Positions 1-14,652 of a stretch of 64,000 nt of DNA are shown here, piece by piece. Both the position numbers and the translations under genes were made by a program. Where the stretch lies: positions 1,417,509 to 1,481,508 of the forward strand of contig MU054220.1 of the NCBI GenBank assembly GCA_013239625.1. Reading direction: 5' to 3'. The stretch comes from Lama guanicoe (Eukaryota). Position 1 is the stretch's first letter. The number at the start of each line of letters is the position of its first letter. The notes beneath the pieces were generated by a model. It searched no databases, was not told the origin of the DNA, and worked only from the letters and a program-made list of their open reading frames with translations.

Positions 1-620
1 AATGTGGCGAATGTGATTAGTGTTACAATTATACACACAAGGTTCCGCCTGGTTAGCACACACTGCAGAGATTTGCTCTCCATTACTAGCTTGGAAGAAG
101 TAAACTGCTGTGTTGCGAGGGGGCTTACGGAGAGAGCCACCTGGCAAGGAGTTGTCGGCAGCCTCTAGTAGCTAAAAGTAGCCTTAGCTTATGACCAACA
201 AGAAAACAGAAACCTCAGTCACACAATCGTAAGGACATAAATTCTACCAACAACCTGAATGATCTTGGAAATTAACTCTTCCCACGTGGAGCCTGCAGAC
301 TGAACTACGTCATAGCCCAGCTGCCTCCTTAATTACTGCTTGCTGAGCTCCTGGACAGATGACCCAGCTAAGCCAAGCCAGGCTCCTGACACATAGGACT
401 GTGAGATAACAAATGTACTGCTTTAGCGGGGAGGGTATAGCTCTAGTGGTAGAGTGCGTGCTTAGCATGCATGAGGTCCTGGGTTCAATCCCCAGTACCC
501 CCCTAAAAGTAAATAAATAAATAAACCTAATTAACCCCCCCAAATAAATTTTTAAAAATGTATTGCTTTAAACCTCTGGATTTGTGGTAATTTGTTACAC
601 GGCAATACAAAGCCAATGCA
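1..620 (+). mobile_element. MaLR (MLT1-type) LTR, interrupted by a SINE
   Basis: MLT1-like motifs (gagagccacctggcaagga; ttgtggtaatttgttacacggcaata end); family recalled, not searched. Confidence 0.7.
427..555 (+). mobile_element. tRNA-Ala-derived camelid SINE (Vic-1 type)
   Basis: ggggagggtatagctc...ggtcctgggttcaatccccagtacc plus A-rich tail; TSD aaatgtactgcttta/aaatgtattgcttta. Confidence 0.9.
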
Positions 621-1282
621 TTACATAAAGCAGATATCTCAGACTCACCATCTGCACATTGCTTACAATGAACAAGCTCACCTCCATTTCACCAAGGTTT
701 ACAGAGCACCCACTATCCAGCTGGGGCCAAATCAAAGGATAAGAGACTGAGCCTGCCTTGGAAGAGCTAAAGGTCAGTGGAGGAGACAGAGAAGAAAACA
801 AAAAAAGGACAATAAAAGGAGGTAAGTGCTGTGATCGAGATAGCAGAGCTTCACATTTCATAAAGAATCTGGCTAGGTTAGGAATTAGGCAGGCGGAGGA
901 GGAGGAAAGGTCTTCCAGGCGGATGGGCTGGCACACACAAAATCATGGGGATGAGAGGGTACCACCTGTACCTCAGGAAAATCAAGCTGTTGATATAGGA
1001 AGTTTTTTTCTGGACAGAAGCATTTCAAAGGGATTGGAAGGTGACCTCAGCAGGGCCAATGAGTGTGTCTCTCAGAAGCTGATACATGAGCAATGGGAGA
1101 AAGAACATCTCTTCTGGATGGCATGAGGAAGCTGGAATTCTCTAAGTCCAGAGCAGCCATCTTCCCCGGGACACACAGAAGAGAACAGTTTGGAGTAGGA
1201 AAGAATGAACTCCAAATATGCCCAAAGGAGCAGAGTCGAATTATGGAAAGAGTGAGGGAGCTGGAGAGAGAGAAGATCATTT

Positions 1283-1414
1283 TATCTTTTTGTTGGGGGG
1301 GGTACTTAGATTTATTTATTTTTAACGTATTTTTTTTAACAGAGGTACTGGGGGTTGAACCCAGGACTCTGTGCATGCTAAGCATGCACTCTACCACTGA
1401 GGTATACCCTCCCT
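1283..1414 (-). mobile_element. Vic-1-type SINE
   Basis: Reverse-complement copy; TSD gaagatcattt (1272-1282, 1417-1427). Confidence 0.9.
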
Positions 1415-1459
1415 CTGAAGATCATTTGATCTTGATCAGATCAATCGAAATATGATGTT

Positions 1460-1805
1460 CAATCGAAATATAATGTAAGCCATAAACGCTAGCTATCGTA
1501 TGCAATTTTAAGTTTCTAGTGGCAATGTTAACAAAAGGAAAAGGAAACAAATGAAATTAATTTTCATGTTATATTGTATTTAATCCAACATTTCCAAAAT
1601 ATTATTTCAACATGTAATGAATATCAAAGATCATTCATGACATAGTTTTCTCTTTTTTCTATTATGTCTTTGAAAGCTGGCATATATTTCACATCCCATT
1701 TGAATCTGCGCTAACCACATTTAAAGTGTTCAACAAAAAAGAAAAGGAAAAAAGTGCTCAACAGCCACACGTGGCTAGTGGCTGCTTTATATGCCACACG
1801 GCTCT
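1460..1805. mobile_element. hAT-Charlie DNA transposon remnant (MER33/MER3-like)
   Basis: ccaaaatattatttcaacatgtaat and gtgctcaacagccacacgtggctagtggct motifs. Confidence 0.6.
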
Positions 1806-4002
1806 AGATTCATTCCTGCTAAATTCTTATTCTTTGATTTCTTAGACTCAATATTTGTATATTTGGCATTCCTTAGTCATAGGGCCAAACTCACAGCTGA
1901 AGTTGTTTCCATCTCCTCTGAGATCCAGAGCTCACATTCTGAAATCACCTCCTTTATCTAACTCTCATTCACCAAGCCATTATTTCACCTGTCCCAAATC
2001 AACCCAGAGCCAGGTATCAGACAACTCGGAACAGCCACTATGCCCCAAAGCCCAGCAGAATTATTCAAACCCAAGCTGTTTACCCTACCCCACCTTGCCT
2101 TTCCTGCAGAAACCCCAAAAAGGCCATGATCGTTACCTTTCCCTGGCTCTTTTCTGCCTCCTGGCCCAAACTGGTGCTTCCCCAGGTGGCCCTGCGTGGC
2201 ATGACATACCCCCTGCTCTCAGGAAATGTAAGGAATAAATTCTTCTTTCAATGACATTGACCTTTCCCTGTCATCACTCAATCATGTCCATAAATTAAAG
2301 TCCCCCAGATATAATTGAGATAGTTTTATCCCTTTAACTTCCTAGTCAAAGGAGATAAGGGATTCCTTTTTTTTTTTACCTAAGCTATTTGGAGATGAGT
2401 TTCTGTCACTTACAACCAAAAGAATGCAAAGCAACATACACAGATTCCCAGGTCCTACCCTAAACTCTACAAACTAGAATCTTAATATGATCATTTTTTT
2501 TATAGCCAACCTCTGCATAGAACCATATGCATAGGCTGGAGTTTTCAAATCCTTGCTGTGGGCTACAAGGCCATGGCAAGTTCTTCAGCAGATGGAGTGA
2601 TCAGATTGGCGAGTTAGGAGTCACTATGGCAGCTGGTTTGGAGGACGGACTAGGAGGGCAAAAGATGAGAGTAAGGCCACGTCCAGGCCTACAGGGGCTC
2701 TACGTAGGTTTACAGTGCGGATGCCCCAAGCTCTTGTGCCATTCCGAGGCCACTGGGTGTAAAAGGAAAAGGAAGGGATGTGGGCATTTGCTGACGCTGA
2801 AAGCTGGGTCTGCTCCCTTTGTGCTGCTCGTCCAGGAGGGCGTATTTTTGGGAAGGGGTGTGTTCTGAAAGTAGGGAGGAAGTCGCCACCCCATTGGAAA
2901 GAATCTGCCACCCAGCCTTCCAGCTGAAATACCAGATAGCGTCTGTTCTTCTCCATGGGCAGCGGGGAATGGAATGACCAAGGTTTTTTTTTTTTTTTTT
3001 TTGAGGGATTGTATGAAAGAACATGATGTCTTAGGCTCACAAAGGGAAAAAAGATAAGGGAAAAGTGGCAAGTTAGAAAGTCTATTGTGTATGTTATCTC
3101 TGTTATTTTAGATTAAGACAAAGTAAATATGGCAGACTGGGCTCACAGTGTATGCCAGCCTGGTCCAAAATCGTTGCTTTTTATTTTTTTCCCTTGCTTT
3201 TGCATTTTGGCGGAGAGTTTTCCCTGGGAGTTTTCTGGCGCTCAGCACCACAGGTCTGAGGAATTGGGAGAGAAGCGGGAAAGGAGGTAGAGCCAATGTG
3301 AGGACGTGCTGGCCGCCTCCAAATGCAACTGATCACTTAATCTGCAGGATCAAATTCCCAGGAAATTGAATAGACTGTGTCTTGGGGCCATCCTTCAGTG
3401 CAAGCAAAAGGGAGATATCCTCTGGCTCCTGTCCCCCAATGCTCAAAGGTTCAGCCATTACATGTTAACTCCCCTGCATTTCTAGGCTGGGTGTGTGTGG
3501 TCATGCGCACTGGGAAGGCCTCCTGGTAGCGCCAACAGAGCCATGCAAGAGCAGGAAGCCAGAGAGGTGAGGTCAGACTGGGAGCAATCTGGTCACCTGT
3601 GTGAAACTGTTAGCACCATGCAGAGCTGTAACAAGAGATGAATGAGGCTGAGAAAATCCAAAGTGGAACCAAAAAACTGAGATCTTTCCCCCGATCCAGC
3701 CCAACTCCATCTAGGTCACCCTGTGTATTCATTCATTGGACAAATGATTTTCAGACACTACATAAGAGCCAGGAATATGCTCATGACAGTGACTCAAAGG
3801 TGTACAAACAGACACAATGGCTGCCTTCAAGGCATACATTTTAATGAAGTTGATCATTTAGAAAGAAGTATACCCCAGAAAAGATAAAAATCCACTGTAA
3901 TTATAAACTGTGACGAGTGTACATAAGAAACAAACAAGGGGCAGAGAGAGAGTGGAAAGTGCAGGACCTGTGGGCTGGAACTCATGGGAGGAGGGGACAA
4001 TG

Positions 4003-4480
4003 GCAGGAGATGATGCAGGAGAGAGGGGCAGGAGATGCAAGAGATGACGCAGGAGAGGCAAGCAGATGATGCAGGAGAGGTGCACAGGAGATGCAGGACA
4101 TGATGCAGGAGAGATGCGCAGGAGATGATGCAGGAGAGGTGCACAGGAGATGCAGGAGATGATGCAGGAGAGGTGCTCAGGAGATGCAGGAGATGATGCA
4201 GGAGAGGTGGACAGGAGATGATGCAGGAGAGGTGTGCAGGAGATGCAGGAGATGATGCAGGAGAGGTGCTCAGGAGATGCAGGAGATGATGCAGGGGAGG
4301 TGTGCAGGAGATGATCCAGGAGACAATGCAGGAGAGGTGGACAGGAGATGCAGGAGATGATGCAGGAGAGGTGGACAGGAGATACAGGAGATGATGTAGG
4401 AGAGGTGGGCAGGAGATGCAGGAGATGCAGATGATACAGGAGAGGTGTGCAGGAGATGATGCAGGAGAGGTGGGCAGGAG
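4003..4480. repeat. Purine-rich composite minisatellite
   Basis: Interleaved GGAGATGATGCA / GGAGAGGTGCACA / GGAGATGCA units. Confidence 0.95.
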
Positions 4481-7304
4481 CTAAATTACATAGGTCTTGC
4501 TACTTTCCTAAAAGAAGCCTGTTTTTTTGTTTTCCTTCTAAGTATTTATTTATTTGTGTCTGCGTTTTCTGTCTACCTGACTAGACTAGAAGCCCCATGA
4601 AGTCAAGGGCCAGTCCCCCTTTCTGTTCTCCATGGCATACCTTGTGCCTGAGCACAGTGCCTGGAGCCTGGTGGGCTTCAGTAAATATTGGTTCCAATAC
4701 ACCTTAAACTTTTCAACCTAAAAGCAACTGGGACACAACCCCACCCTCAAATGGAGTCTACCAGAAGGACAACATAGACTCTTGGTTAAGAACTAAAATT
4801 CCAGGGCTTAACAAATCTGAAATGAAATTCCAACTTTGCCACTTGTTGGCTGTGCTATCTTCAGCACGGTACTGAATGTACTTAACCCTCCTGAATTAAT
4901 TCCTGCAAAGGTAAAATGGGGTTAATAATAGAAACCACCTCCAAGGGTTGTTTTAAGGGTTTGATGTTGTAGTGTGTGCCTAGCATAGGACGGGCACAGA
5001 GCAGGAATTCAATGAATAGGCCACCTGGTACCTCCTTATACCACCTGCCTAAGTAATCTGAAGGAGCTCATAAACACTCAGGCTCAGGGAAAATTTTGAC
5101 CTAGAATATGGTAATAAGACATATGCATATAGACACTATCAAAATGGTAAAGCTATATAGGGCTACATGACATGACTACCTTAAAAGGAAGTGTGATGAG
5201 GATTAAACTAAATGCATTAATATGTGTTAAATGCTTAGCACTGGTCTAGTACATAGTGAGCATTATGTCAGTATGAGCTATTATAATTATTATGATCATC
5301 ATATCTATAAGAGGTTGGTTATTAGTTATCGGTTTTTTTAAGAGGCTATGGTCATTTGTTATAGGCTAGTGCTTAAATGTAAAATATTCCAATGTGGCAT
5401 TGTCTCTTTTCCCTAAGAGGTGTGCTGTGTGTGAGGTAACTGGTGGTTTCACTACCCCCATTTGTGCAGTTTTAGTGAAGCTGGCAATTGCTAACACAGT
5501 AAAAGGATGTGTGCCACCATGTAGCTGTACAAGGAAACAGAATCACGTTTTCTGAGGGTTCCTGACTGTGCAGGACTTTTTTCAAAGTTCTCCACAGAAT
5601 TTTCAGTACAAAAATAGGTGTGAACTGTGTGCCCTTTGGAAAGGAATGAGCTGGCCACAGTAGGGCTAAGATTGGTATTGTTCAGAGAATGAAATTCCTG
5701 TTCACTGATGTTGTTTTGGGTTGGGCTGACCTTATGAACTGGATTTCTTTTCAGATGGGTGTATTTTTCCTTATTGCAAATTTCCTTCAATTCATCAGCA
5801 GAAATTCTAGCCACTTTGCTAGGAGCTTGTGACCCTGGTTTAGATGGCTTATGTACTTGCCTTCCGACACATGTGGATTTTTTTTTATTTTTGTAGTTTC
5901 TGCTTGGCACTTCCTACTTCTCCTCTGGGACGCCATCTTTAGCTTTCTGTCACCATGCTCTGGTTTCATCCCCTATGAATCACTTCCTTTGGGTCACTTA
6001 AGTTTTTCTCCTGTAGGAGAACTAATCTTTTTCAAAAACCAAGTTAAAAAAGGCATTCCTAGATTCCCGCTTCACCATTCATTCACTGATCCCTGGGCTC
6101 CATACATTCGTTGCCATATTTATCCATACCATACAGATCACCATGATGCTCAAAGGGGCACTGCATTTTCTAACACAATCCGTACCATTTTGACAGTTCT
6201 CAGTCCTAGCAAGGGAAATGAGAGAACTCATTTTCTCTGAATTGCCCTACCCACGAATGTTTACTTTACTTGTTTATCTACAACCTATCTTCTAGCACGA
6301 AGAATTTAAGACTGCTTATAAAAATGCGAACAGTCTAGGAAGATCAAATGAACTTGAAATAAGAAACATGAGGGAAAGCAAAGGTATAGAAGTGAGATGC
6401 AAGTTGTGGAGTCTTTGCTATAGAGGGGACAAAAGTTGGCTCAGAGCCTCCCAGTCATTAGCGCAAGAGAGAAAAATGATGAATTACAAAATGCACAATG
6501 TCCCTGAAGGATGAATAGGTTGCAGGAGGTGCAGCACAACTGTTCTAAAACTACAGTGTCTCCAGTGGATCCCTCCAGAGGAGTTTAAAGAACAGTATCC
6601 TAGTAACACCTTTCTCAGAGCACAGCGAAGCCTTGCCTGCGCCCTTCTTGTAACACCAAATCACGAGATAGAAGTATTTCTACCCGAGGCTACAAAACAG
6701 GACTAACCTCCTCTGACACTACCGGGGAAATGAAGGATGGACAGAATGACCTCCATGAGGGCCCCAAAGGAGAGAAATGAGAAAAGTGTCTGGTGACACC
6801 CTTTGGAATTTCAGGGCAATGGAAAAATGCCAAATACCACCCAGGAGCTAAGGGTTTGATCAAATCTATTATTTCGGGCTGTGATGACCATAGAACCTGT
6901 TTGTTTTATTAAACTCAGAGATTTGAATACCACAGCCAACCCTCACCCAAGTCCTTGCCTTTCCTGGGCTCCTGTGTACCCCCAAAAGATGGAAAAGTCG
7001 GAAGTCAGAGTCTTGAGAAGGGCTGCAGGACAGCCTCAGGCAGGATGTGAAAGAGGGTCTCACTTAGGGCCTGAGGAACTTCTACGGGTTCTTTGGCCCC
7101 ACACTTTCTTTTTTCTTTTCTTTTTTTTTTAAAAAAACTTTTTTTATTGAGTTATAGTCATTTTACAATGTGTCAAATTCCAGTGTAGAGCACAATTTTT
7201 CAGTTATACCTGAACATACATATATTCATTGTCACATTTTTTTTTCCGCTATGAGCTACTGACTTTCTTTACTGACTTTCAGTTTCCACGAAATTCAGTC
7301 CTGA

Positions 7305-7433
7305 GGGGAGGGTATAGTTCAGTAGTACAGCATATGCTTAGTATGTAGCAGGTCCTGGGTTCAATCCCCAGGACCTCCATTTTAAAATAATAATAAGTAA
7401 GCCTAATTACCTCCCTCACCACACCCCAAAAAA
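7305..7433 (+). mobile_element. Vic-1-type SINE
   Basis: ggggagggtatagttcagt...gggttcaatcccc; flanking gaaattca repeat; next to an antisense L1 3' tail at ~7130-7260. Confidence 0.88.
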
Positions 7434-10400
7434 GAAATTCAATTAAATCCATCATACAGGCTGATACTTCCTAGCAATGATGGCAGTCTTCGCCATTAAA
7501 TTTGGTTTATTCACTATCAAAGTTGGCATTGTCTCTTTTTCAGTAAAACCTGATATACCTCCTTCCTATCAGGGCCCTTCAGTTTAGATCTCATGATATA
7601 ACCCAGGAGATGGACGAATTATTTCCAACTGGAGAAAAAAAAATTGAATTTATATCAATAAAACTCAGCTCTTGTGGCCATTTCTGAATCGTTGTGAATG
7701 TGAAGTTATATGGTGTTTCTCTCTAAACCTCAAAGAAATCAGCATGTAACTAGCACATAAATTTTCATGATTGTCCTGTGAACTGTACAAGGGGGATCCA
7801 AACTAATGCAAGAAAACAAGAGCCATATGTTTCTCTACATGAGGAGAGGATGGAGAATGGGAGAGGGGAAGGGCAAGAATGGAAGCTCAGAAATAGTGAC
7901 AAATAATCATCAAAAATTGAAAATCCCTCAAAAGGAAGGATAATAATAGTTTTCTCTGAATCACCATTTAGCTACCCAGAATATTATCATCAACAGGAAT
8001 CCTGCAGTTACCAAGAAAAAAAAAAAGGAAAGAGAAAGCACTTTTTCTAACTTCTTTTCTTGTAGATTAATGGCTAACTTAACCTCCAGTATGGTAATTC
8101 AACATCCTCTTGAGTTGAGACAAATGCTTCTGTACAGGCTAAGGTCCACTAGTAAATTTAAATTATTTTTAATGGAAAGATTTTCAAAAGTATGTGTTAC
8201 CAAATTTAGAAATTGAAAAAAAAATTTAAGACTTTCAAAACTATATGTTACTAAAAATAACATTGACCCCTGCTATTTGTCTGAGGAATCTCTGGAGAGA
8301 AAAAGATTTCATCCATCAGAGATAAATGGGGCCAACTCATCTGCAGTCTTTGGCTTAATTAGCTAAACTCTTCCAGATGGAGAACATTCAAAGCAAAGGA
8401 AGATTTTTGAGCCCCCTGGAATTGTTAGTAAGCATAACAATATGTTACATGTAAAAGAAAATATGTGACTTTTATCTTTGCCTTTAAAAGGCAAACAAAG
8501 AAGTATATGGTAGCGTTACGACTTTTCAATTTGCATACTGAAAATGAAGTGCTCTTAATTTTATTCAATATTGAACGAACCAGCATTAAGTGTTTCTTCT
8601 TCTCCTGTGCTAAGCCCTGGGGAGGGGGAAATAAGACAAGACCCCTGTCCTTGCAGAGTCCATAACTGGAACTAGAGGTTGCTTTCCCACTGCCTGACTC
8701 ATAGTAGGGGCTGGATAACTCTTTGTTGAATAAATGAGTCAATGATACAGATACTTGAATAAGGAATTGCCTTAATAAAAGTTGGAACAAATTATTGTGG
8801 TCAGAGGGGAGCATAGGGGCCTCAAGCTGTCAGAGAGGCTTCACAAAGAAATTTGTCAGGTAGGAGCACAAAAGACTTCCAGACACAGAAAACAGCCTGT
8901 GTCAAGGCAAGCAGAGAAGAAAGAGTGACATGCATTTAGGCAACAGCCAGTGACTTGGTGTGGCTGGAGCCTATGGTGTGTATAGAATGTGCCTGGAAGA
9001 TAGTGAGACCAGTGAGATGGGTTGGGCTTCATTTGAAAAGGACACTGAAAGCCTAAGTTGGGACTCCATCTTTCAGTATGTTTTGGCGTTTCAGAAAGAT
9101 GGCAAGAAACACAGAATAGAATATGCATGGAAGGGGAAAAGGAAGTAAAAGATACCAAAGGTTAAGTGCCCTGTTTGTGACTAGCGCTTAGATAGATCCT
9201 CTACAGATTTACATTATAGCTTATTTAATCCTTGCAGTACTTCACTGAGTACATAATATTGTCCTCAGTTTCTGAGGGGGGAACTCAGAGAGGTTAAGTG
9301 ACTTTCCCCAAATCACACAGCTATAATAAAAGATAGAATGAGGATTTGAAACCAGGGTTCTAAAAATCTCGTTAGAGAATAAAAATGCCATTGGATTCAT
9401 ACAAATTAGGAAAAATATCCAGTGGAAGTTCAGAGAAAGTTAGTGAATATGAAGAAAGCCACACATGCATGGGAGATACAAGGAAAGAAAAGCATGACTA
9501 TACAAAAGGATATTTACAGTAAGGGAGATACAACACAGGAAGTGGGAAGATAATCATAGAAAAACCACAACATGTGTTTTTAAAATGCAAAGCCCCAGGG
9601 AGGAGAAAGCAAACGATACAATAATGCCATTCACTCTGGCATCCTGTGCATTTGGTTTTGCTTTTTACTGGTTTTTTTTTCTTTAACTTTAAACAATTTG
9701 TTATGAGAGTAACAAAGATACAGCTCATGATCTTGCATCTCTAATGCCCTAAATCAGAAACAGATGGTGCCTAGTGTACCCTGTTTCCTAGAAACTGCAG
9801 AATTTTGAGGACAACACCCTCTACGCACTGCACCACTGATTTCAGTTCCTTCAGATACTAATACATGGCTAAATAATGTGGTTGCTGGGCATTGTATCAG
9901 AACATCTGTTTTTCTTGCCCAGAATCTTTTTGAAGGTTAAAACTTCTCTCCATTTTTATTGTATGTTTTTCTGATGTCCAAAGTAATCCCTTTTATTGTT
10001 AAATTTTTTTTGAAACTACTGAACAAGGAGGAAAATTTAAATCCCCCATAATCCTTCCACCCAGCAATAACCAATGACCCCTGTTAACGTTTTGACCATA
10101 TTCTCATAGTTCTTTTTCTACACATGCACAATCCTATTTTACAGAAAATAGGATGTATAGAAACTTCTTTTTTTTTTTTTTGCAGCATAGAAACTTCTTA
10201 AATCTGTTTTGTTCACTGAATTTATCATTAACATTTTTTCCATATCATTAAATATTTACAATGACTGCTGGTATTCTATCATGTTGTATAAATTAATTTA
10301 TTTAAATTGGTCTTTCTCATTCAACAAGTTCTATTCATTGAACACCAAGGTGTCAGAACTGTGCCTGGCACTGGGTTCACTGCAGTGAGTGAAACAAGCA

Positions 10401-10483
10401 AAGCCCCTGCCCTCATGGAGTCTACAGTCCTGTTACTGATGTCTAGCTTGAGAAGTTTTATTATTCAAAAAAAATAGCACAAA

Positions 10484-10617
10484 GAGGAAGGTATAGCTCA
10501 CTGGTAGAGTGCATGCCTAGCGTGCACAAAGTCCTGGGTTCAATCCCCAGCACCTCCATTAAAAATAAAGACATAAAAACCTAATTACCCCCCCAAAAAT
10601 TAATTACTTAAATTTTT
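10484..10617 (+). mobile_element. Vic-1-type SINE
   Basis: SINE consensus; TSD aaaatagcaca. Confidence 0.88.
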
Positions 10618-10941
10618 AAAAATAGCACAGCGAAATCTGGCAAACACTACCTCTGCTATGTGACTACCATCACTGGTGAAAACTCACGCAGACATCTTGT
10701 ACGACTGATATGATGTAACAAGAACAGCAACTTGTGATCTTCCTCCCAGGAACCGATAATCTCAGTCTAATCATAATTAAAAAAAAAAATCAAACCAACC
10801 CAAATCAAGAGACATTCTGCAAAATACCTGACCAGTGCTCTGTAAAACTGTCAAAAGTCAGCAAAAATTAGTAAAATCTGAAAATCTTTCACCATCTTAA
10901 AGAACCAAGGGAGACATGACAACTAAATGTAATGTGGGGTA

Positions 10942-11083
10942 GGGGGAGAGGGTACAGCTCAGTGGTAGTGTGTGCCTAGCATGCATAAGGTCCTGGACTC
11001 AATCTCTAGTACCTCCATTAAAAAACAAATAAATAAGCCTAATTACCTCCCCTCCCCACCTAAATTTTTTAAATTAAAAATAA
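10942..11083 (+). mobile_element. Vic-1-type SINE within an old L1 3' UTR fragment (~10640-11330)
   Basis: SINE consensus; TSD taaatgtaatgtgg/taaatataatgtgg. Confidence 0.85.
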
Positions 11084-14000
11084 ATAAATATAATGTGGTG
11101 TTCTGGAACAGAAAAAGGACATTAGGTAAAAAGGAAGGAAATATGATTACAGTATGGATTTTAGTTAATAATAATGTATCAGTTTCGGTTCATTACTTGT
11201 GATAAATGTGTCCTACTAATATGTTATTGATAAGGAAGCAGGGAGGGCAGACGGAGTATACAGGAACTCTCTGCACTGTCTTTGCAACTTCTCCACAAAT
11301 CTAAAGCTACCCTAAAACTAAAAGTAAAGCAACAAAAAACAAAAAACAAAAAAACACTGTGACAGTCATTCTTGTATCTTGAAGCACATCTCTGGTTGTT
11401 TCCTTAAGATACTAAGTCCCCAAAGTGAAACTGCCGAGTCAAAATGTATACATATTTTTATTTACCAGAGATTATTCTTTTCATGTGTTTTATATGTATA
11501 ATTATTTTGCCGACTTCTTAAAGATATTTTAGCCTTATGTCTTTATTTCAGCTTTTTCCCACAGGTAGACTTCTGAAACTGGAAGGAAACCAAAGGGATC
11601 ATGAAACCCAACAGCCCTGTTTTACAGATGAGGAAACTGAGGCCCAGGGAAGTGAAATGACCTGCCCAAGGTCAAGTGGCAGGTTAACAGCGGGAAGTAG
11701 AACCCACATCCCTGCTGACTGTAATCCATGCTGGACTGTCCCTGGGTATGTCCAAATGAAATAAAATTTTCTGATTCATGGTGGAGTCAGCAATCAGTAA
11801 CAAGACCTGCATCTATTTTCTGTAGCGGAATATAAGAGTTTGCTTCCTTCGTCTTAGACGTGGTTGCCAGAAGCTAAAAGGATTTCTAAATAAGTTTAAA
11901 GAATGGATTCAGGCTCAACTAAGAGAATTGCTTGACTGAATCCAGTTTTCCTTTCTGAGCTATTGCTTCCCGATCAGGAAAACGAGAATTCCAACGCCTC
12001 CTTCTTAGCCTCTTGAGAAGGACCTTGCAGAAATTAAGTAGCTAACAGCGGATACGTCTGCAGAAGCCTTAGAGAGAGATGTCATTTAAGGAAAAGGCAT
12101 TTCAATGAGAACAAAGGATACACTTTCTGTTAAGTGGTCTGTCGTATCCCAAGAAAGTTCATTTCCTTGCCTGTAGAGTCTCTAGACGAGGAAAACTCCC
12201 AGACTTGGCACTGGTAAGGAAGAAGAGGGCGATGGAAAGGAAGGGAGAGAACTGTTAGATTTCTTGGCTGGAGTTCAGAAACAAATAGTTCCCGAGCCTG
12301 GCATTGTCGGGGGCCAGCGTCAGGACCAGCCCAAGAAGGCAGACAAGGAACATTACCGTTCCTGACTTGGCTCTGCACACCGTTACTCAACAGAAACTGA
12401 TGCGTAAGCAGGATCCTGGAGGATGCAGGAGAAGTATAAACAATCACTGGGTGTGGACCTGTGGTTGCCTATAGAAGCTGTGCCAGGCCCGAGATTACGG
12501 TCGTACATTTTGACTTATTTAATTTCCAGACATTCTTGCAGGATTTGGGCGATGACAAAGGCGAGCTAAAAGAAAACTAAAGTCTGGGATTTAGAAAAGC
12601 ATTGCCTCTCACCTCAAACTGGAGCCTCTAATCAAAGTGCTAACCCTCACACAGGTCAGCGAGCATCCTTTGTGGTATAGAAATGACTTATTTTCTTTGC
12701 CCATAAACATCTGTCAGCACCTGCACCAAATGGAAACTTGACAGGCAGAATGAGGAAGGGGTAATACTTCTAAAAACTCTTCCTATTTTTATGGTTTGAA
12801 CCTTTTTACTCTTTGAAGGAATAGAACAGGAGAAAGCTAGAGAACTCACAGGAGGAGATGAAGAGAGATACGAATGAAACAGATGGCAAAATCTCCCAGT
12901 TGTTATTAATTGCCATCATTATTTTGCAGAAGAAGATGCAAAAACACGGGTAGGTTGATTGGCACTGCCCATGATTTCACAGCAACAAAAAAAGTGACAG
13001 CCCTGAGGTTTTAAGAAGGGACAGAATTAGAAGGAAGCATCGGGTGTGGGTGCAACTTCTCAAGAATCTAGATTTAAATGTGAATCTGTAATTAAAAACC
13101 TGCATCTCTAGCATCTTAATTGTATTGTGTGCTTTTACATGAAAAAGCAGTTCTGGGCTCTATACATGCAAATAAACCTCTTTCCTGGATCAGCTTTGAT
13201 CTTTGTCTTTAATCTCAATATTAAACATATTTTATTGAGATGACTTAACTGTCCCTGTTAAGCCTGCCTACACATCTGGCTCCTTGTTGAAGTCTCCAAC
13301 TCCACCATTAAGAGTTCCATTCCTTTGAATTTGATGGTACATGGATTATATGCCACATGTCAATTTCAGCCAGCTGACAGCAGCTGTCCGAATCACTGTG
13401 TTGAAAGGATATTGAGGTAGAAAAGGACACCTCCCCAGCAACTGATTAGCAAGGTGAGCAAGAGAGGAAAGAGTGACAACGCTCTGCACGCTAAGGCAAT
13501 GTGTGATGCAGTACCCATACCTCCAGGAAGGGCAATTTATTAAGCTTTTATATCACCGGCATCTCAGTATGAATCCACATCAGATCATTTCCAATGCTGG
13601 TTTCAAGAGGTATTGCATGTATACTGTTAGAAGCAAAACTCAGGACAGTTCAAGCAAGGATTTCTTTTTTCTGATCTTGTGAATTACATGCAAGCTCTTC
13701 CAATAATGTAAAAATAACATTTAAGTAAGCATGCAATGAAATCACAACATATTGAAATTTACAGGAACCATTATATGAAAGGTGAAAAAAATCCAAGACA
13801 TATGATCCCAAAGATTAAGTCCAAAGCACAGAAAGATCAGGTCTGAGTGGGAACTCTGGGCTTTCAGGGACCATCTGAGGGCCCTGGCGCCAGAAGTCAT
13901 GGTTTCCTAAGCGGGTAGAAAGAATCATGAAAAAGGAAGTGACAAGTGACACACTTCATTTATTCAACAATTTTGCATTTTTAAAGAAACTCCTCCTGCA

Positions 14001-14652
14001 GGGCTCTGCTCTGGGGGTTTCCTGGGGAGAATTTCAAAATTCTAAACAGCATGTCAAGACAATTATTAAGAACCTACAAGTTCATCCTGGCTTCCCCAGG
14101 AGTTGCCAGCCTTACAGTGATGTCTGCTCTGTTTCAAGTCCCACACGTTAAGCCTCTCTGGACTGAGGTCAGATCCACCTTTCGAAAAGTTTTTTAACTA
14201 TTTACAAAGTTTGGTTTGAGATCAAATAGAATTCCTATACCAAATCTACAACAGGAACTTAGTACTTTAAGCACGGAGTTGTAAGGAATGACGGTCAAGT
14301 AAATCTAAACTCTTCAGCAAGAAAGGAAAAGCTCTCTGCAAAATGACCCCAGCCTTCTCAACCACTCCTCACCCTAGTTATCTCCATGCTTTCAAGAATT
14401 TTTGCCTGGAATGCTCTTTCTCCTTTTTGTAGATATCTCTTTTATAATAATTAATGTATTTTACTGTTATCTCTATTTCTTCTTTGTCTCTCTATTAAAC
14501 TGACCGAGTCTCAACAGCAGAGAGCATAAAATTTTTATTCTCTCCGCAAATACATCATGAACTCTAAGTAAGTGCTAATCACCATGCTAGACCTCAGTGA
14601 TACAACAGAAAACAAGGCAGACAAGACACTTGACTGCACAGAGCTTCTATTC

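Noticed and set aside
427..500. tRNA-Ala-like gene (and the ~13 similar copies)
   Set aside because: Each copy has a non-tRNA tail, A-rich end and often a TSD, with divergent stems; these are SINEs, not tRNA genes
3854..4144. Low-complexity His/Ser/Pro ORFs on the minus strand
   Set aside because: Translations of the minisatellite; no splice or promoter support
4003..4480. CRISPR-like repeat array
   Set aside because: Eukaryotic context, no unique spacers, no cas genes; it is a tandem repeat
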